A DNA stretch of 64,000 bases from an uncultured Chloroflexia bacterium (GCA_963814115.1 CAWFBS010000008.1:520160-584159), one strand, 5' to 3'; shown: positions 1 through 10,614, numbered from the stretch's first letter. Numbers and translations: made by a program. Notes: generated from the sequence alone by a model not told the origin.

Positions 1-2
1 AG

Positions 3-2246
3 GTGGGCCTGACGCCGCGGGCCAAGCGGGTCATCGAGCTTGCGATCGATGAGGCGCGGCGGCTCGGTCACAACTACATCGGCACCGAGCATCTCCTGCT
101 CGGCCTCGTCCGGGAGGGCGAGGGGATCGCTGCCGGCGTCCTTGAGTCGCTCGGCGTGAACCTGGACAAGGTCCGTCACGAGGTGATCCGCGTCCTGTCC
201 CAGAGCTCGGCGGCGACTCCTGCCCAGGAGACGAAGCGTGCGAGCAAGACGCCGACCGTCGACCAGCTGGGTATCAACCTGACCGAGGCTGCGCGGTCGG
301 GAAAGCTCGACCCTGTCATCGGCCGCGAGAAGGAGATCGAGCGGGTCATCCAGATTCTCTCGCGCCGCACGAAGAACAATCCCGCCCTGATCGGCGAGCC
401 GGGGGTCGGGAAGACCGCGATCGCCGAAGGGCTCGCCCACCGGATCGTCAACGGCGACGTGCCCGAAACCCTGCTCAACAAGCGGGTCCTGACGCTGGAC
501 ATCGGGTCCCTCGTGGCGGGGACCAAGTACCGCGGCGAGTTCGAGGAGCGGCTCAAGAAGATCATCGAGGAGCTTCGCAACACGAACGACGCGATCCTCT
601 TCATCGATGAGCTCCATACCCTGGTCGGGGCGGGAGCGGCCGAAGGCGCGATCGACGCGGCGAACATCCTGAAGCCGCCGCTGTCACGGGGCGAGCTCCA
701 GTGCATCGGCGCGACGACGCTCGACGAGTACCGCAAGTACATCGAGCGGGACGCCGCCCTGGAGCGCCGCTTCCAGCCCGTCATGGTCGAGGAGCCGACG
801 CTCGAGCAGACCATCGAGATCCTCAAGGGCATCCGGGAGCGGTACGAGCAGCACCATAAGGTCACGATCACGGACGATGCACTTCGGGCCGCCGCGGACC
901 TCTCCATCCGCTATATCGCGGACCGGCACCTCCCGGACAAGGCGATCGATCTCATCGACGAGGCTGCCAGCCGCGTGCGACTGCGCTACGCGTCGGCGCC
1001 CCCGGATCTCCGTGAGGCTCAGAAGGAGTTGGAGCGGGCAACCCGCGACAAGGACTCCGCGACGAGCACACAGGAGTACGAGGAGGCCTCCCGCCTGCGC
1101 GACGCCGAGACCTCCGCCCGCGAGCGCGTAGAGACGCTCCGTGGCGTCTGGCAGGCGCAGGTGGCAGACGCCCAGCCGACCGTCGACGAGGAGGAGATCG
1201 CCCACGTCGTCTCGATGTGGACCGGGATACCGGTGACGCGGATCGCACAGGAGGAGTCCGAGCGCCTGCTCCACATGGAGGATCATCTCCACAAGCGCGT
1301 GATCGGCCAGCAAGAGGCGATCGAGACGATCTCGCGCGCCGTGCGGCGCGCGCGCGCGGGCCTCAAGGACCCGAAGCGGCCCATCGGTTCGTTCATCTTC
1401 CTGGGCCCCACCGGGGTCGGGAAGACAGAGCTGGCGAAAGCCGTCGCCGAGTTCATGTTCGGCTCCGAGGACGCGCTCATTAAGGTCGACATGAGCGAGT
1501 TCATGGAACGCCACAACGTGAGCCGGCTGGTGGGTGCTCCTCCAGGCTACGTGGGGTTCGACGAAGGGGGCCAGCTCACCGAGGCCGTCCGCCGCAAGAG
1601 CTACGCGGTGATCCTGCTGGACGAGATCGAGAAGGCTCACTCGGAGGTCTTCAACATCCTTCTGCAGATCCTGGAGGACGGCCAGCTCACCGACGCGAAG
1701 GGTCGCCGGGTCGACTTCCGGAACACGATCATCATCATGACCTCGAACCTCGGGGCCCGGCAGCTCCAGACGAACTCGTCGCTCGGCTTCCGGACCTTCG
1801 GCGAGACCGAAGCTGCCCGCGCCGAGGCGTCCTACGAGAACATGCGGGACAAGGTCCAGGCGGAGCTCAAGACGTCGTTCCGCCCCGAGTTCCTCAACCG
1901 GATCGACGCGATGATCGTCTTCCGCTCGCTCACCCAGGACGAGATCCGGATCATCGTGGATCTGATGCTCGCGCGCGTCCGCGACCAGCTTCGGAGCCAG
2001 CAGATGTCCCTCGAGGTCACGCAGGAGGCCAAGGACCACATCATCAAGATCGGCTACGACGTGGCGTACGGAGCTCGCCCGCTCCGGCGCGTCATCCAGA
2101 ACATGGTCGAGGACGTCCTGGCCGAGCAGTTGCTCCTGAGCCGATACAAGCCCGGGACGACGATCGTGGTCGACAAGGGCGAGGAGGCCGGGCTCTCCAT
2201 CCACGAGGCTGACGAGAAGACGCCCGCCGCCGTCGAAGCCGGCTAG
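3..2246 (+). CDS. clpC: ATP-dependent Clp protease ATP-binding subunit ClpC (5'-truncated by window edge)
   Basis: Clp N-repeat ([19 protein letters not shown]), two Walker A motifs ([16 protein letters not shown]), middle coiled coil, LGF ClpP-docking loop, YGARPLRR. Confidence 0.95.
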   Translation: MGLTPRAKRVIELAIDEARRLGHNYIGTEHLLLGLVREGEGIAAGVLESLGVNLDKVRHEVIRVLSQSSAATPAQETKRASKTPTVDQLGINLTEAARSGKLDPVIGREKEIERVIQILSRRTKNNPALIGEPGVGKTAIAEGLAHRIVNGDVPETLLNKRVLTLDIGSLVAGTKYRGEFEERLKKIIEELRNTNDAILFIDELHTLVGAGAAEGAIDAANILKPPLSRGELQCIGATTLDEYRKYIERDAALERRFQPVMVEEPTLEQTIEILKGIRERYEQHHKVTITDDALRAAADLSIRYIADRHLPDKAIDLIDEAASRVRLRYASAPPDLREAQKELERATRDKDSATSTQEYEEASRLRDAETSARERVETLRGVWQAQVADAQPTVDEEEIAHVVSMWTGIPVTRIAQEESERLLHMEDHLHKRVIGQQEAIETISRAVRRARAGLKDPKRPIGSFIFLGPTGVGKTELAKAVAEFMFGSEDALIKVDMSEFMERHNVSRLVGAPPGYVGFDEGGQLTEAVRRKSYAVILLDEIEKAHSEVFNILLQILEDGQLTDAKGRRVDFRNTIIIMTSNLGARQLQTNSSLGFRTFGETEAARAEASYENMRDKVQAELKTSFRPEFLNRIDAMIVFRSLTQDEIRIIVDLMLARVRDQLRSQQMSLEVTQEAKDHIIKIGYDVAYGARPLRRVIQNMVEDVLAEQLLLSRYKPGTTIVVDKGEEAGLSIHEADEKTPAAVEAG

Positions 2247-2263
2247 CGCCGGGCGATCCGCCC

Positions 2264-3649
2264 GTGACGCGCACCCAGAGTCGCTACGTCTGCCAGGCCT
2301 GCGGCAATTCCTTCCTCCGCTGGGAAGGGCAATGTCGCTCGTGCGGCGCCTGGAACACGCTCGTGGAGACGCTTGTCCACGAGGACTCGCCCGCCTCGCA
2401 CCGACGCGCCGCACCGGCCGCCGCCAACGCTCCCGTTTCGCTCGCCGAGCTCGGCGAGACCGACGTGGCCCGCATCCCGGTCGGCATCGGCGAGCTCGAC
2501 CGGGTGCTGGGCGGCGGGCTCGTGCCGGGGTCGCTCGTCCTGGTCGGGGGCGAGCCGGGGATCGGCAAGTCGACGCTTCTCCTGCAGGCTGCGGCCGGCC
2601 TCTCCGCGGCCGGCCGGGTCCTGTATGCAACCGGGGAGGAGTCGAGTGCCCAGGTCCGCCTGCGGGCCGCGCGCCTTGGTCTGCTCGGGGGCGCAGCCGC
2701 AACGTCGGTGACGGTCTACGCGGAGAGCTCCGTGGCCCGGATCCTCGAGACGGCGCGCGCCGCGAAACCGATCGCGCTCATCGTCGACTCGATCCAGACC
2801 GCGACGGTGGATGAGCTGGACGGGCCGGCCGGCAGCGTCGGCCAGGTGCGCGAGTCGGCGCTGCGATACATGGAGCTCGCGAAGGGGGACGGGATCGCGG
2901 TGCTGCTGGTCGGTCACGTGACCAAGGAGGGCAGCCTGGCCGGGCCCAAGACGCTCGAGCACCTGGTCGACGCCGTCCTCAGCGTCGAGGGCGACCGGTC
3001 TGGTGCCCTGCGCCTGGTGCGGGCCACGAAGAACCGCTTCGGGTCGACAGAAGAGGTCGGCGTGCTCGAGATGGCCGAGGCAGGGCTTCGCGAAGTCCCG
3101 GACCCGGCCCGGGCCTTCCTGGTCGAGCACGATGACGCCGCTCCGGGGAGTGTCGTGGGCGCCACGCTCGAGGGTTCGCGCGCGCTGCTGGTCGAGGTCC
3201 AGGCGCTCGTGGCCTCGTCCACGTTCGGGACGCCGCGCCGGACCGCGATCGGGCTCGACCCGGGGCGCCTGGCGCTCCTCGTTGCCGTCCTCGGACGACG
3301 TGCCGGGATCGGGCTCGGGAGCCACGACGTGTATGCCAGCCTGGCCGGTGGGCTGGCAGCCGACGATCCGGGCCTGGACCTGGCGGTCGCGATCGCGCTG
3401 GCCTCGACGCTCCGGGACCTCCCCGTTGCGGCGCGCACGGTCGCGATCGGGGAGATCGGCCTGCTCGGCGAGCTGCGGGCCGTGAACGGGATCGAGCGCC
3501 GGCTCCGGGAAGCGGCCCGGCTGGGGTTCACCCGCGCCCTCGTCCCCCCCGGCCGGCACGCCCAGGCGCCGATCCCGGGGATCGCGATCGTCACCGTGCG
3601 CACGATCCGGGACGCGCTCGGCGTCGCGCTGGGTCCGGCGGGTGGCTGA
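2264..3649 (+). CDS. radA: DNA repair protein RadA/Sms
   Basis: N-terminal C4 zinc finger (CQACG...CRSCGAWN), GEPGIGKS, KNRFG motif, Lon-like C-terminus; follows clpC. Confidence 0.97.
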   Translation: MTRTQSRYVCQACGNSFLRWEGQCRSCGAWNTLVETLVHEDSPASHRRAAPAAANAPVSLAELGETDVARIPVGIGELDRVLGGGLVPGSLVLVGGEPGIGKSTLLLQAAAGLSAAGRVLYATGEESSAQVRLRAARLGLLGGAAATSVTVYAESSVARILETARAAKPIALIVDSIQTATVDELDGPAGSVGQVRESALRYMELAKGDGIAVLLVGHVTKEGSLAGPKTLEHLVDAVLSVEGDRSGALRLVRATKNRFGSTEEVGVLEMAEAGLREVPDPARAFLVEHDDAAPGSVVGATLEGSRALLVEVQALVASSTFGTPRRTAIGLDPGRLALLVAVLGRRAGIGLGSHDVYASLAGGLAADDPGLDLAVAIALASTLRDLPVAARTVAIGEIGLLGELRAVNGIERRLREAARLGFTRALVPPGRHAQAPIPGIAIVTVRTIRDALGVALGPAGG

Positions 3650-3666
3650 CGCGGACGGGGAGGCGG

Positions 3667-3675
3667 TGCTAGGCT
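3667..3675 (+). promoter_or_regulatory. Extended -10 (TG-c-TAGGCT) 8 nt upstream of GTG 3684; probable leaderless or near-leaderless promoter
   Basis: TAnnnT hexamer with TGn extension; no Shine-Dalgarno before the start. Confidence 0.55.
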
Positions 3676-3683
3676 CACGGCCC

Positions 3684-4739
3684 GTGATCCGCATCATTCG
3701 GCTCCTCGGCGCAGCGATCGGGCTCCTGGTCGGCATCTCCTTCGTGGCCGGCAATGGGGGGCCGTTCGCCGAGTCGAGCTACGCCGGTGCCCTCATCGCC
3801 GCCTGGCTCGTGGCATGGCTGGTCGTCGGCTTTGCGCTGCTGCCCTACCTGACCGTCGTCCCCGCGGGCTGGCTGATCAGCCGCGTGCAGGAGCTCTCGA
3901 CCGCCGAGTTCGTCACCGCGGTGGTCGGCCTGCTGCTTGGTCTCGTGATGGGGCTGCTGCTCGGGCTCCCGCTCGCGGCGGTGCCCGCGCCGCTCGGGAC
4001 CTGGCTGCCGCTCGGCGTGTCCATCTTCCTGGGGCTCGGGATGGCCGGCCTGACCGTTGCGAAGCGCAACGACCTCATCCTGGCGGCCGAGGCGATCGGC
4101 ATCGTCCGGCGCCCGGCGGCCGAGACCGCGTCGCACGCGGGCGAGCCGTACGTGGTGGTCGATACGAGCGCCATCATCGACGGCAGGATCGCCGACATCG
4201 TCGAGGCGGGGTTCCTCCAGGGAACGCTGGTGGTCTCGCGCGTCGTGCTCGACGAGTTGCAGCGGATCGCCGACAACGCGGACACACTGCGGCGCAACCG
4301 GGGACGGCGCGGGCTCGAGATCCTGAGCAGACTCCAGAAGGACCTGACCGTGCCCGTCGAGATCGTGGACGACGGCTTTCCGGAGATCGGCGAGGTCGAT
4401 GCGAAGCTCGTCGCCCTGGCCCGCTCGCGCAGCGGCACCATCCTCACCAACGACTTCAACCTGAACCGCGTGGCCGAGATCCAGGGCGTGCGGGTGATGA
4501 ACGTGAACTCCCTCGCCAACGCGCTGAAGCCGGCCGTCCTCCCCGGTGAGGATCTCCGGGTCCGCGTGATCCAGGAGGGGAAGGAGCTCGGGCAGGGGGT
4601 CGGTTTCCTCGACGACGGCACGATGATCGTGGTGGAGGGCGGAGCCCGGTACCTGGACCGCGAGATCGATGTCGGGGTCACGCGCGTGCTGCAGACGGTG
4701 GCGGGACGCATGATCTTCGCCCAGCCGAAGCCCGAGTGA
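3684..4739 (+). CDS. Membrane PIN/TRAM domain protein (YacL family)
   Basis: N-terminal TM helices, PIN motifs VVDTSAIIDGRI and ILTNDFNLNRVA, C-terminal TRAM (GQGVGFLDDGTMIVVE); start moved to GTG 3684. Confidence 0.92.
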   Translation: MIRIIRLLGAAIGLLVGISFVAGNGGPFAESSYAGALIAAWLVAWLVVGFALLPYLTVVPAGWLISRVQELSTAEFVTAVVGLLLGLVMGLLLGLPLAAVPAPLGTWLPLGVSIFLGLGMAGLTVAKRNDLILAAEAIGIVRRPAAETASHAGEPYVVVDTSAIIDGRIADIVEAGFLQGTLVVSRVVLDELQRIADNADTLRRNRGRRGLEILSRLQKDLTVPVEIVDDGFPEIGEVDAKLVALARSRSGTILTNDFNLNRVAEIQGVRVMNVNSLANALKPAVLPGEDLRVRVIQEGKELGQGVGFLDDGTMIVVEGGARYLDREIDVGVTRVLQTVAGRMIFAQPKPE

Positions 4740-5962
4740 CCGGCCGGGACGACCTGCCGCGTCCGGTGCCGCCGGCCGACGCGATCGTGGTGGCGGCGGG
4801 GTCCAGCACCCGGATGGGCGGTCAAGACAAGCTCGGCGCGGTGGTCGGCGGCCGCCCGCTGCTCGCCTGGACACTGGAGGCCGTGGCGCGCGCATCCAGC
4901 GTGGCGCACATCGTGGTGGTCACGGCCGGCTCGAAGGTCGCTGAGATCGCCGCGGCGGCGTGGCTGCCGGACGCCGTCTCGGCCGTCGTGGCCGGGGGCG
5001 CGCGCCGCCAGGATTCCGTCGCCGCGGGCGTCGCGGCCCTGCCCGAGGGTCCGGCGGACTCCGTCATCCTCGTCCACGATGGCGCGCGCCCGATGGTCTC
5101 GCCCGACCTTGTCGACGCGGTCGCGCGCGCCGCCAGCATCCATGGAGCCGCGATCCCGGTCCTCCCGGTGGTCGACACGCTCAAGCGGGTGGGCGACGGG
5201 CGTATCACCGGGACCGTCGAGCGCTCCGGCTTGGTCGCGGCGCAGACGCCCCAGGGCGTGCGGCGCGAGGTGCTGGCCGACGCCTACACGGCGTTTCCGC
5301 CCGACGGTCCGAGCACGTGGACCGACGAGGCTTCCCTCTTGGAGGCCTGTAGAATCGCAGTTTATGCCATCCCCGGCGACGCAGCCAATCTCAAGGTGAC
5401 CCTGCCCGACGATCTCGCGCGGGTGGCAGCGGCTCTGGTGCGGGCGGGACGAATGGAAGGTTCGGCAGCCGTCGGGCCGGCGGTCCGGGTCGGGATCGGC
5501 GACGACGAGCATTCGTTCGGCCCGGGCTCTCCGCTTGCCCTCGGGGGCATCACGATCGCCGCGGCCCCGCGGCTGCACGGCCACTCGGACGGCGACGTGG
5601 CACTCCACGCGGTCTGCGATGCGCTGCTTGGCGCCGCGGCGCTCGGCGACCTCGGGCGGATCTTCCCCCCGGGTCCTGCCACGCCGACCGGGATCGCCAG
5701 TGCCGAGCTTGTCGCCGAGTGCCTTCAGCGTGTCAGGACCGCCGGGTATGCGCCGCTCTCCGTCGACGTGACGATCATCGGGGCGCGACCCCGTCTTGCC
5801 TCCAGGCTGCCCGAGATGCGGGATGCGATCGCGGGCCTCCTGTCGCTGCCGGTGGAACGCGTGAACGTCAAGGCGTCGACGGGGAACCTGGCCGGCGAGG
5901 AGGGGGCCGGCCGCGGCATCTCTGCCCGCGCGGTGGCCGTGGTCGGGGCGGCGGGCCAATGA
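4736..5962 (+). CDS. ispDF: Bifunctional IspD/IspF (MEP cytidylyltransferase / MEcPP synthase)
   Basis: AAGSSTRMGG.DK, LVHDGARP, AQTPQ; C-terminal GIGDDEH, HSDGDVALHAVCDALLGA, NVKAST. Confidence 0.95.
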   Translation: MTGRDDLPRPVPPADAIVVAAGSSTRMGGQDKLGAVVGGRPLLAWTLEAVARASSVAHIVVVTAGSKVAEIAAAAWLPDAVSAVVAGGARRQDSVAAGVAALPEGPADSVILVHDGARPMVSPDLVDAVARAASIHGAAIPVLPVVDTLKRVGDGRITGTVERSGLVAAQTPQGVRREVLADAYTAFPPDGPSTWTDEASLLEACRIAVYAIPGDAANLKVTLPDDLARVAAALVRAGRMEGSAAVGPAVRVGIGDDEHSFGPGSPLALGGITIAAAPRLHGHSDGDVALHAVCDALLGAAALGDLGRIFPPGPATPTGIASAELVAECLQRVRTAGYAPLSVDVTIIGARPRLASRLPEMRDAIAGLLSLPVERVNVKASTGNLAGEEGAGRGISARAVAVVGAAGQ

Positions 5963-7374
5963 GCGTCCGGCTGCACGACACGCTGACGGGGGCACAGCAG
6001 CCCCTCGAGCCGCTCGAGCCCGACCACGTCCGGATCTACTCGTGCGGACCGACGGTCTATGGACCCGCCCACGTGGGCAACTTCCGATCGTTCCTGTTCG
6101 CCGACGTGCTCGTGCGCTACCTCCGCTGGCGCGGCCTGCGGGTCACCTGGGTGATGAACCTGACGGACGTGGACGACAAGATCATCCGCGGCGCGGCGGC
6201 CGAGTCGATCGGGATCGACGTCCTCGCGGCGCGTCATATCGAGGGGTTCCTGGCTGACGCCGCGAAGCTCCGGATGACGATGCCGGACGTCCTTCCCCGG
6301 GCGACCGCCCACATCCCCCAGATGGTCGCGCTCGTGGAGGCGCTTCTGGAACGGGGTCACGCCTACCGGACGGACGACGGCTCGATCTTCTTCCGGATCG
6401 CGTCCTGGCCCACCTACGGGCGCCTGGCCCGCCTGGATCCCGACGCGATGCGGGTGGGGGAGCGGGTTGCGGCCGACGAGTACTCAAAGGACGACGCCAG
6501 AGACTTCGTCCTCTGGAAGGCCGCCAAGCCCGGTGAGCCCAGCTGGGAGTCCGCGATCGGATCCGGACGGCCCGGCTGGCACCTGGAGTGCTCGGCAATG
6601 AGCATGGCCTACCTGGGCGAGTCGTTCGACATCCACACCGGCGGCGTTGACCTCATATTTCCTCACCACGAGGATGAGATCGCGCAGTCGGAGGCGGCCA
6701 CCGGAGCGCCGTTCGTGCGGACCTGGCTCCACTGCGCCCACCTGCAGATGGGCGGCCGGAAGATGGCCAAGTCGGAAGGCAACATCGCGGGCGTGTCGGA
6801 GCTCCTGGCCACCGGGCTGGCGCCCCGTGCGCTCCGGTACGCGCTGATCGCCGCGCACTACCGGACCGGCCTCAGCTTCAGCGACGAGTCGGTGAGCGCG
6901 GCCGCGGCGGCGGTCGCGCGGCTCGATGCGCTCGTGGCCGCGCTCCTCGGCTATCACGGCGAGGGCCCTGACGACCCCGAGCTCCCGCCGGCGATCGCCG
7001 CGGCCCGGGCGGCGTTCCGCGCGGCGATGGATGACGATCTGGGGATCTCGGCGGCCCTCGCGTCGGTGTTCGAGCTCGTCCGCGACGTGAACCGCAGGCT
7101 GGCCGCGCGCTCGTTGTCCGGTGCGGACGCCGCCCGCGCGCTCGACGCGCTGCGCGACCTCGACCGCGTGCTCGGGCTCTTGCCCGATGCGGTGGAGCCG
7201 GCCCTCGAAGCCGAACTCCAGCGACTCCTCGACGAGCGTGCCGCGGCGCGCGGGGCGCGGGATTGGGCCGCGTCCGATCGTCTGCGCGACGCCCTGGCTT
7301 CCCGCGGGATCGTCGTCGAGGATTCGCGAGACGGGCAGCGCTGGCGTCGTGCCGGCACGACGCCAGATGCCTGA
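5959..7374 (+). CDS. cysS: Cysteine--tRNA ligase
   Basis: YSCGPTVY, HVGN (HIGH), GRPGWHLECSAM, DIHTGGVDLIFPHHE, KMAKS; start ATG 5959 overlapping ispDF stop. Confidence 0.97.
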   Translation: MSVRLHDTLTGAQQPLEPLEPDHVRIYSCGPTVYGPAHVGNFRSFLFADVLVRYLRWRGLRVTWVMNLTDVDDKIIRGAAAESIGIDVLAARHIEGFLADAAKLRMTMPDVLPRATAHIPQMVALVEALLERGHAYRTDDGSIFFRIASWPTYGRLARLDPDAMRVGERVAADEYSKDDARDFVLWKAAKPGEPSWESAIGSGRPGWHLECSAMSMAYLGESFDIHTGGVDLIFPHHEDEIAQSEAATGAPFVRTWLHCAHLQMGGRKMAKSEGNIAGVSELLATGLAPRALRYALIAAHYRTGLSFSDESVSAAAAAVARLDALVAALLGYHGEGPDDPELPPAIAAARAAFRAAMDDDLGISAALASVFELVRDVNRRLAARSLSGADAARALDALRDLDRVLGLLPDAVEPALEAELQRLLDERAAARGARDWAASDRLRDALASRGIVVEDSRDGQRWRRAGTTPDA

Positions 7375-8674
7375 GCCGCCGAAATCGCGCCGGCCCAGGC
7401 GCGACAACGAGCCTGGCGAGCCTGGCCACGAGCCCCGCTGGCCTCGGCAGGGTGCATCCCCGGGCCCGGCCCGGGCCCGGCCCGGGCGTCCAGGTTCGGC
7501 GGGCGGGCGCGCACCGTTCACGGTTGAGCGCGAAGACCAGGGCCCAGCCCCGGCGGATCGCTCCGCGGCGTCCGGGGGCGGACCCGGGGGACCCCCGTTC
7601 CGTCCGGTGACCCCCTTCCCGGATCGCCCGGGTCGCCCCGGCCCGCGTGGGCCGAGTGCCCCGGGACCATTCGCCCCCGGATCATTCGGCCACGGGCCCC
7701 ATCGGCCCGGGCCGCCGGGCCGATCACCGCGGCCCGATGGACGCCTCGGCGCGTATCCGCCCGCCCGGGCGACCGGGCGGTCCTCGGGCGCAGCCGTCGT
7801 GATGGCGGACGACGAGGAGCTCGTCGCGGGCCGCCATCCGGTGGAGGAGGCGTTCGTCGCCGGTCGTCGCGCGCGTCGTCTCCTCGTCACACCGCAGCGC
7901 CGCCATACACTGGAGCGCCTGGTCTTGCACGCGACCGCCCTGCGGATCCCCGTCGTGGAGGTCGAGGGCGGAACGCTGACCGCGACCGCCGGGTTCGACG
8001 GTCACCAGGGCGTCGCGCTGGTGGTGGAGGCCCGTCGATTTGCCGCCCCGGACGAGATCCTGGCCCGGGCGATCAGCCGCGGCGAGCCGCCGTTCGTGCT
8101 GGCCCTCGATTCCCTGGAGGACCCCCAGAACCTTGGCTCGCTCCTTCGGAGTGCCGAGGCCGCCGGTGTCGACGGCGTCCTGTTCCCGACGCGCCGACAG
8201 GCTCCGCTCAGTCCGGCGGCGGTCAAGGCATCCGCCGGGGCCAGCGAGCACCTGCTCCTCGCGCCCGTCGACGATCTTCCGGGCGCGCTGGCCAGCCTCC
8301 ACCTCCGCGGGCTGCGGATCGTGGGAGCCGACGCGGACGCCGCGCTGACGTACCGCGAGGCGGACCTGCGCGGGCCGCTGGTTCTCGTCGTGGGAAGCGA
8401 GGGGCGCGGCCTGGCGCCGCCGATTCGCCGACGCTGTGACGTTTTGATCAGGATCCCGATGCGGGGCCGGATCGCCTCGCTCAACGCCGCCGTGGCGGGC
8501 TCGATCCTGGCCTTCGAGGCCGCTATGCAGCGCGCGAAGCCCGAGGCCGGGTCGCCCGCGGGCTCGCCGGCGGCGGCCGCGACTGATTCCGGCGACGGAC
8601 CGACGGAGCAGGCAGCAGAGTCTCCCGGCAGCGACGCGGGGACATCCGGTACGACACCGCCGGGCCGCGCTTGA
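7367..8674 (+). CDS. rlmB: 23S rRNA (G2251-2'-O)-methyltransferase RlmB with long Pro/Gly/Arg-rich N-terminal extension
   Basis: GRHPVEE, HQGV, LDSLEDPQNLGS, GSEGRG, IPMRGRIASLNAAVA (SPOUT); start uncertain (7367 vs about 7802). Confidence 0.9.
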   Translation: MPEPPKSRRPRRDNEPGEPGHEPRWPRQGASPGPARARPGRPGSAGGRAPFTVEREDQGPAPADRSAASGGGPGGPPFRPVTPFPDRPGRPGPRGPSAPGPFAPGSFGHGPHRPGPPGRSPRPDGRLGAYPPARATGRSSGAAVVMADDEELVAGRHPVEEAFVAGRRARRLLVTPQRRHTLERLVLHATALRIPVVEVEGGTLTATAGFDGHQGVALVVEARRFAAPDEILARAISRGEPPFVLALDSLEDPQNLGSLLRSAEAAGVDGVLFPTRRQAPLSPAAVKASAGASEHLLLAPVDDLPGALASLHLRGLRIVGADADAALTYREADLRGPLVLVVGSEGRGLAPPIRRRCDVLIRIPMRGRIASLNAAVAGSILAFEAAMQRAKPEAGSPAGSPAAAATDSGDGPTEQAAESPGSDAGTSGTTPPGRA

Positions 8675-8700
8675 CCGCGATCGCGGCCGCCCCCTATGAT
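8671..8700 (+). promoter_or_regulatory. Sigma70-type promoter for tRNA-tuf operon
   Basis: TTGACC-N18-TATGAT overlapping the rlmB stop. Confidence 0.8.
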
Positions 8701-8744
8701 GGCCGCCGCGCCTCGGAGACGACTGCGGTATTCTCCCGCGCCTT

Positions 8745-8820
8745 GCCGACGTAGCTCAATTGGTAGAGCAGCGGTTTTGTAAACCGCCGGTTCCGGGTTC
8801 GAGTCCCGTCGTCGGCTCCA
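8745..8820 (+). tRNA. tRNA-Thr(TGT)
   Basis: Acceptor GCCGACG/CGTCGGC, anticodon arm GCGGT-ttTGTaa-ACCGC, GTTCGAG T-loop, encoded CCA. Confidence 0.97.
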
Positions 8821-8886
8821 ATTGAAGACGTCGTCGGCCTGGCGCACCACGGAGCCGCAGCTCCCGTCCGACCGCGCGGTTCCGGT

Positions 8887-8971
8887 GGGTAGGTTGAGCA
8901 GGTGGTGAGCTCAGCTGACTGTAAATCAGCCGTCTTCGACTGTAGAGGTTCGATTCCTCTCCTGCCCACCA
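8887..8971 (+). tRNA. tRNA-Tyr(GTA)
   Basis: Acceptor GGGTAGG/CCTGCCC, anticodon arm GCTGA-ctGTAaa-TCAGC, long variable arm, encoded CCA. Confidence 0.95.
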
Positions 8972-8995
8972 TCAGAAACCGTGCAACCGGTCGGG

Positions 8996-9071
<76 letters not shown>

Positions 9072-9115
9072 GTAATCTCGTCAGCCCCATCCAGAGGTAG
9101 CAGGTAGACGCGCAC

Positions 9116-10312
9116 GTGGCGAAGAAGAAGTTCGAGCGGACGAAGCCGCACGTCAACATCGGCACGATCGGCCATATCGATCACGGCAAGACGACGCTGA
9201 CCGCAGCGATCACGAAGTACCTCGCCCTCAAGGGTGGGGCGGTGTATCGCGCGTTCGACTCGATCGACAACGCCCCCGAGGAGCGCGAACGCGGCATCAC
9301 GATCGCGATCGCCCACGTCGAGTACGAGACCGACGCCCGCCATTACGCCCACGTCGACTGCCCCGGGCACGCCGACTACATCAAGAACATGATCACCGGC
9401 GCCGCGCAGATGGACGGCGCGGTCCTCGTCGTGGCCGCGACCGACGGCCCGATGCCCCAGACCCGGGAGCACATCCTCCTCGCCCGCCAGGTCGAGGTCC
9501 CCTACATGGTCGTCTTCCTCAACAAGTGCGATGCGGTCGACGATCCCGAGCTGCTCGACCTCGTCGAGCTCGAGGTCCGCGAGCTCCTGACCAAGAACCA
9601 CTTCCCGGGCGACGACATCCCCGTCATCCGCGGCTCCGCGCTCAAGGCCCTCGAGGCCACCGGCGGCGTCGACGACCCGGCCTACGCCTGCATCCAGGAG
9701 CTGATGGATGCGGTCGACTCCTACATCCCGACCCCCGAGCGCCCCGTTGACAAGCCGTTCCTCATGCCGGTCGAGGACGTCTTCGGGATCAAGGGCCGCG
9801 GCACCGTGGCGACCGGGCGCATCGAGCGCGGCGTCGTCAAGGTCGGCGACGAGGTCGAGATCGTCGGCATCCGGCCCACCCGCAAGGTCGTCGTCACCGG
9901 CGTCGAGATGTTCAAGAAGCTGCTCGACCAGGGCCAGGCCGGGGACAACGTGGGCTGCCTCCTGCGCGGCATCGAGCGCGAGGACATCGAGCGCGGCCAG
10001 GTGCTCGCCAAGGCGGGCTCCGTCAAGCCGCACACGAAGTTCACCGCCCAGGTCTACGTCCTGACCAAGGAGGAGGGCGGCCGGCACACCCCGTTCTACA
10101 ACGGCTACCGGCCCCAGTTCTACCTCCGCACCACCGACGTGACCGGCGCGATCGGCCTCCCCGAGGGAGCCGAGATGATCATGCCCGGCGACAACGTCGA
10201 GATGAAGGTCGAGCTCATCACCCCGATCGCGATCGAGATCGGGCAGCGCTTCGCGATCCGCGAGGGTGGCCGAACCGTCGGCGCCGGCGCGATCGTGAGC
10301 ATCGTCGAGTAG
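9116..10312 (+). CDS. tuf: Elongation factor Tu (copy in tRNA operon, GTG start)
   Basis: [26 protein letters not shown]; 398 aa. Confidence 0.99.
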   Translation: MAKKKFERTKPHVNIGTIGHIDHGKTTLTAAITKYLALKGGAVYRAFDSIDNAPEERERGITIAIAHVEYETDARHYAHVDCPGHADYIKNMITGAAQMDGAVLVVAATDGPMPQTREHILLARQVEVPYMVVFLNKCDAVDDPELLDLVELEVRELLTKNHFPGDDIPVIRGSALKALEATGGVDDPAYACIQELMDAVDSYIPTPERPVDKPFLMPVEDVFGIKGRGTVATGRIERGVVKVGDEVEIVGIRPTRKVVVTGVEMFKKLLDQGQAGDNVGCLLRGIEREDIERGQVLAKAGSVKPHTKFTAQVYVLTKEEGGRHTPFYNGYRPQFYLRTTDVTGAIGLPEGAEMIMPGDNVEMKVELITPIAIEIGQRFAIREGGRTVGAGAIVSIVE

Positions 10313-10319
10313 CCCGATG
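9117..10319 (+). repeat. Direct repeat copy 1 (tuf plus CCCGATG)
   Basis: Identical by eye to 25605-26807; overlapping alternative-frame and antisense ORF translations in the track also match between the copies. Confidence 0.9.
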
Positions 10320-10484
10320 GCAAAAGCAGCCGAGAACCGTCCGATTGTTCAGCTCGCCTGCACCGAGTGCAAGGAGCGGACGTACACCACGCGCAAGAAC
10401 AAGAGGAACGATCCCAACCGGATCGAGCTTCGGAAGTACTGCCCGAGGGAGCGCCGCCACACCTTGCACCGCGAGGCGAAATAG
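10317..10484 (+). CDS. rpmG: 50S ribosomal protein L33 (55 aa; absent from ORF track)
   Basis: Hand translation [55 protein letters not shown]. Confidence 0.95.
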   Translation: MAKAAENRPIVQLACTECKERTYTTRKNKRNDPNRIELRKYCPRERRHTLHREAK

Positions 10485-10497
10485 AAGAGGGATCCAC

Positions 10498-10573
10498 AGG
10501 GGCGTAGCTCAATTGGCAGAGCACCGGTCTCCAAAACCGGTGGTTGTAGGTTCGAGTCCTATCGCCCCTGCCA
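10498..10573 (+). tRNA. tRNA-Trp(CCA)
   Basis: Acceptor AGGGGCG/CGCCCCT, anticodon arm CCGGT-ctCCAaa-ACCGG; usual position before secE. Confidence 0.97.
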
Positions 10574-10614
10574 GCAATTCGACCCCGTCTACCAGGGAAG
10601 TGCAGTAGCCCATC

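Noticed and set aside
8436-8451. TGTGA-containing AT-rich patch in rlmB as a CRP-like site
   Set aside because: The second half-site (GATCA) does not match TCACA, and it lies within conserved coding sequence.
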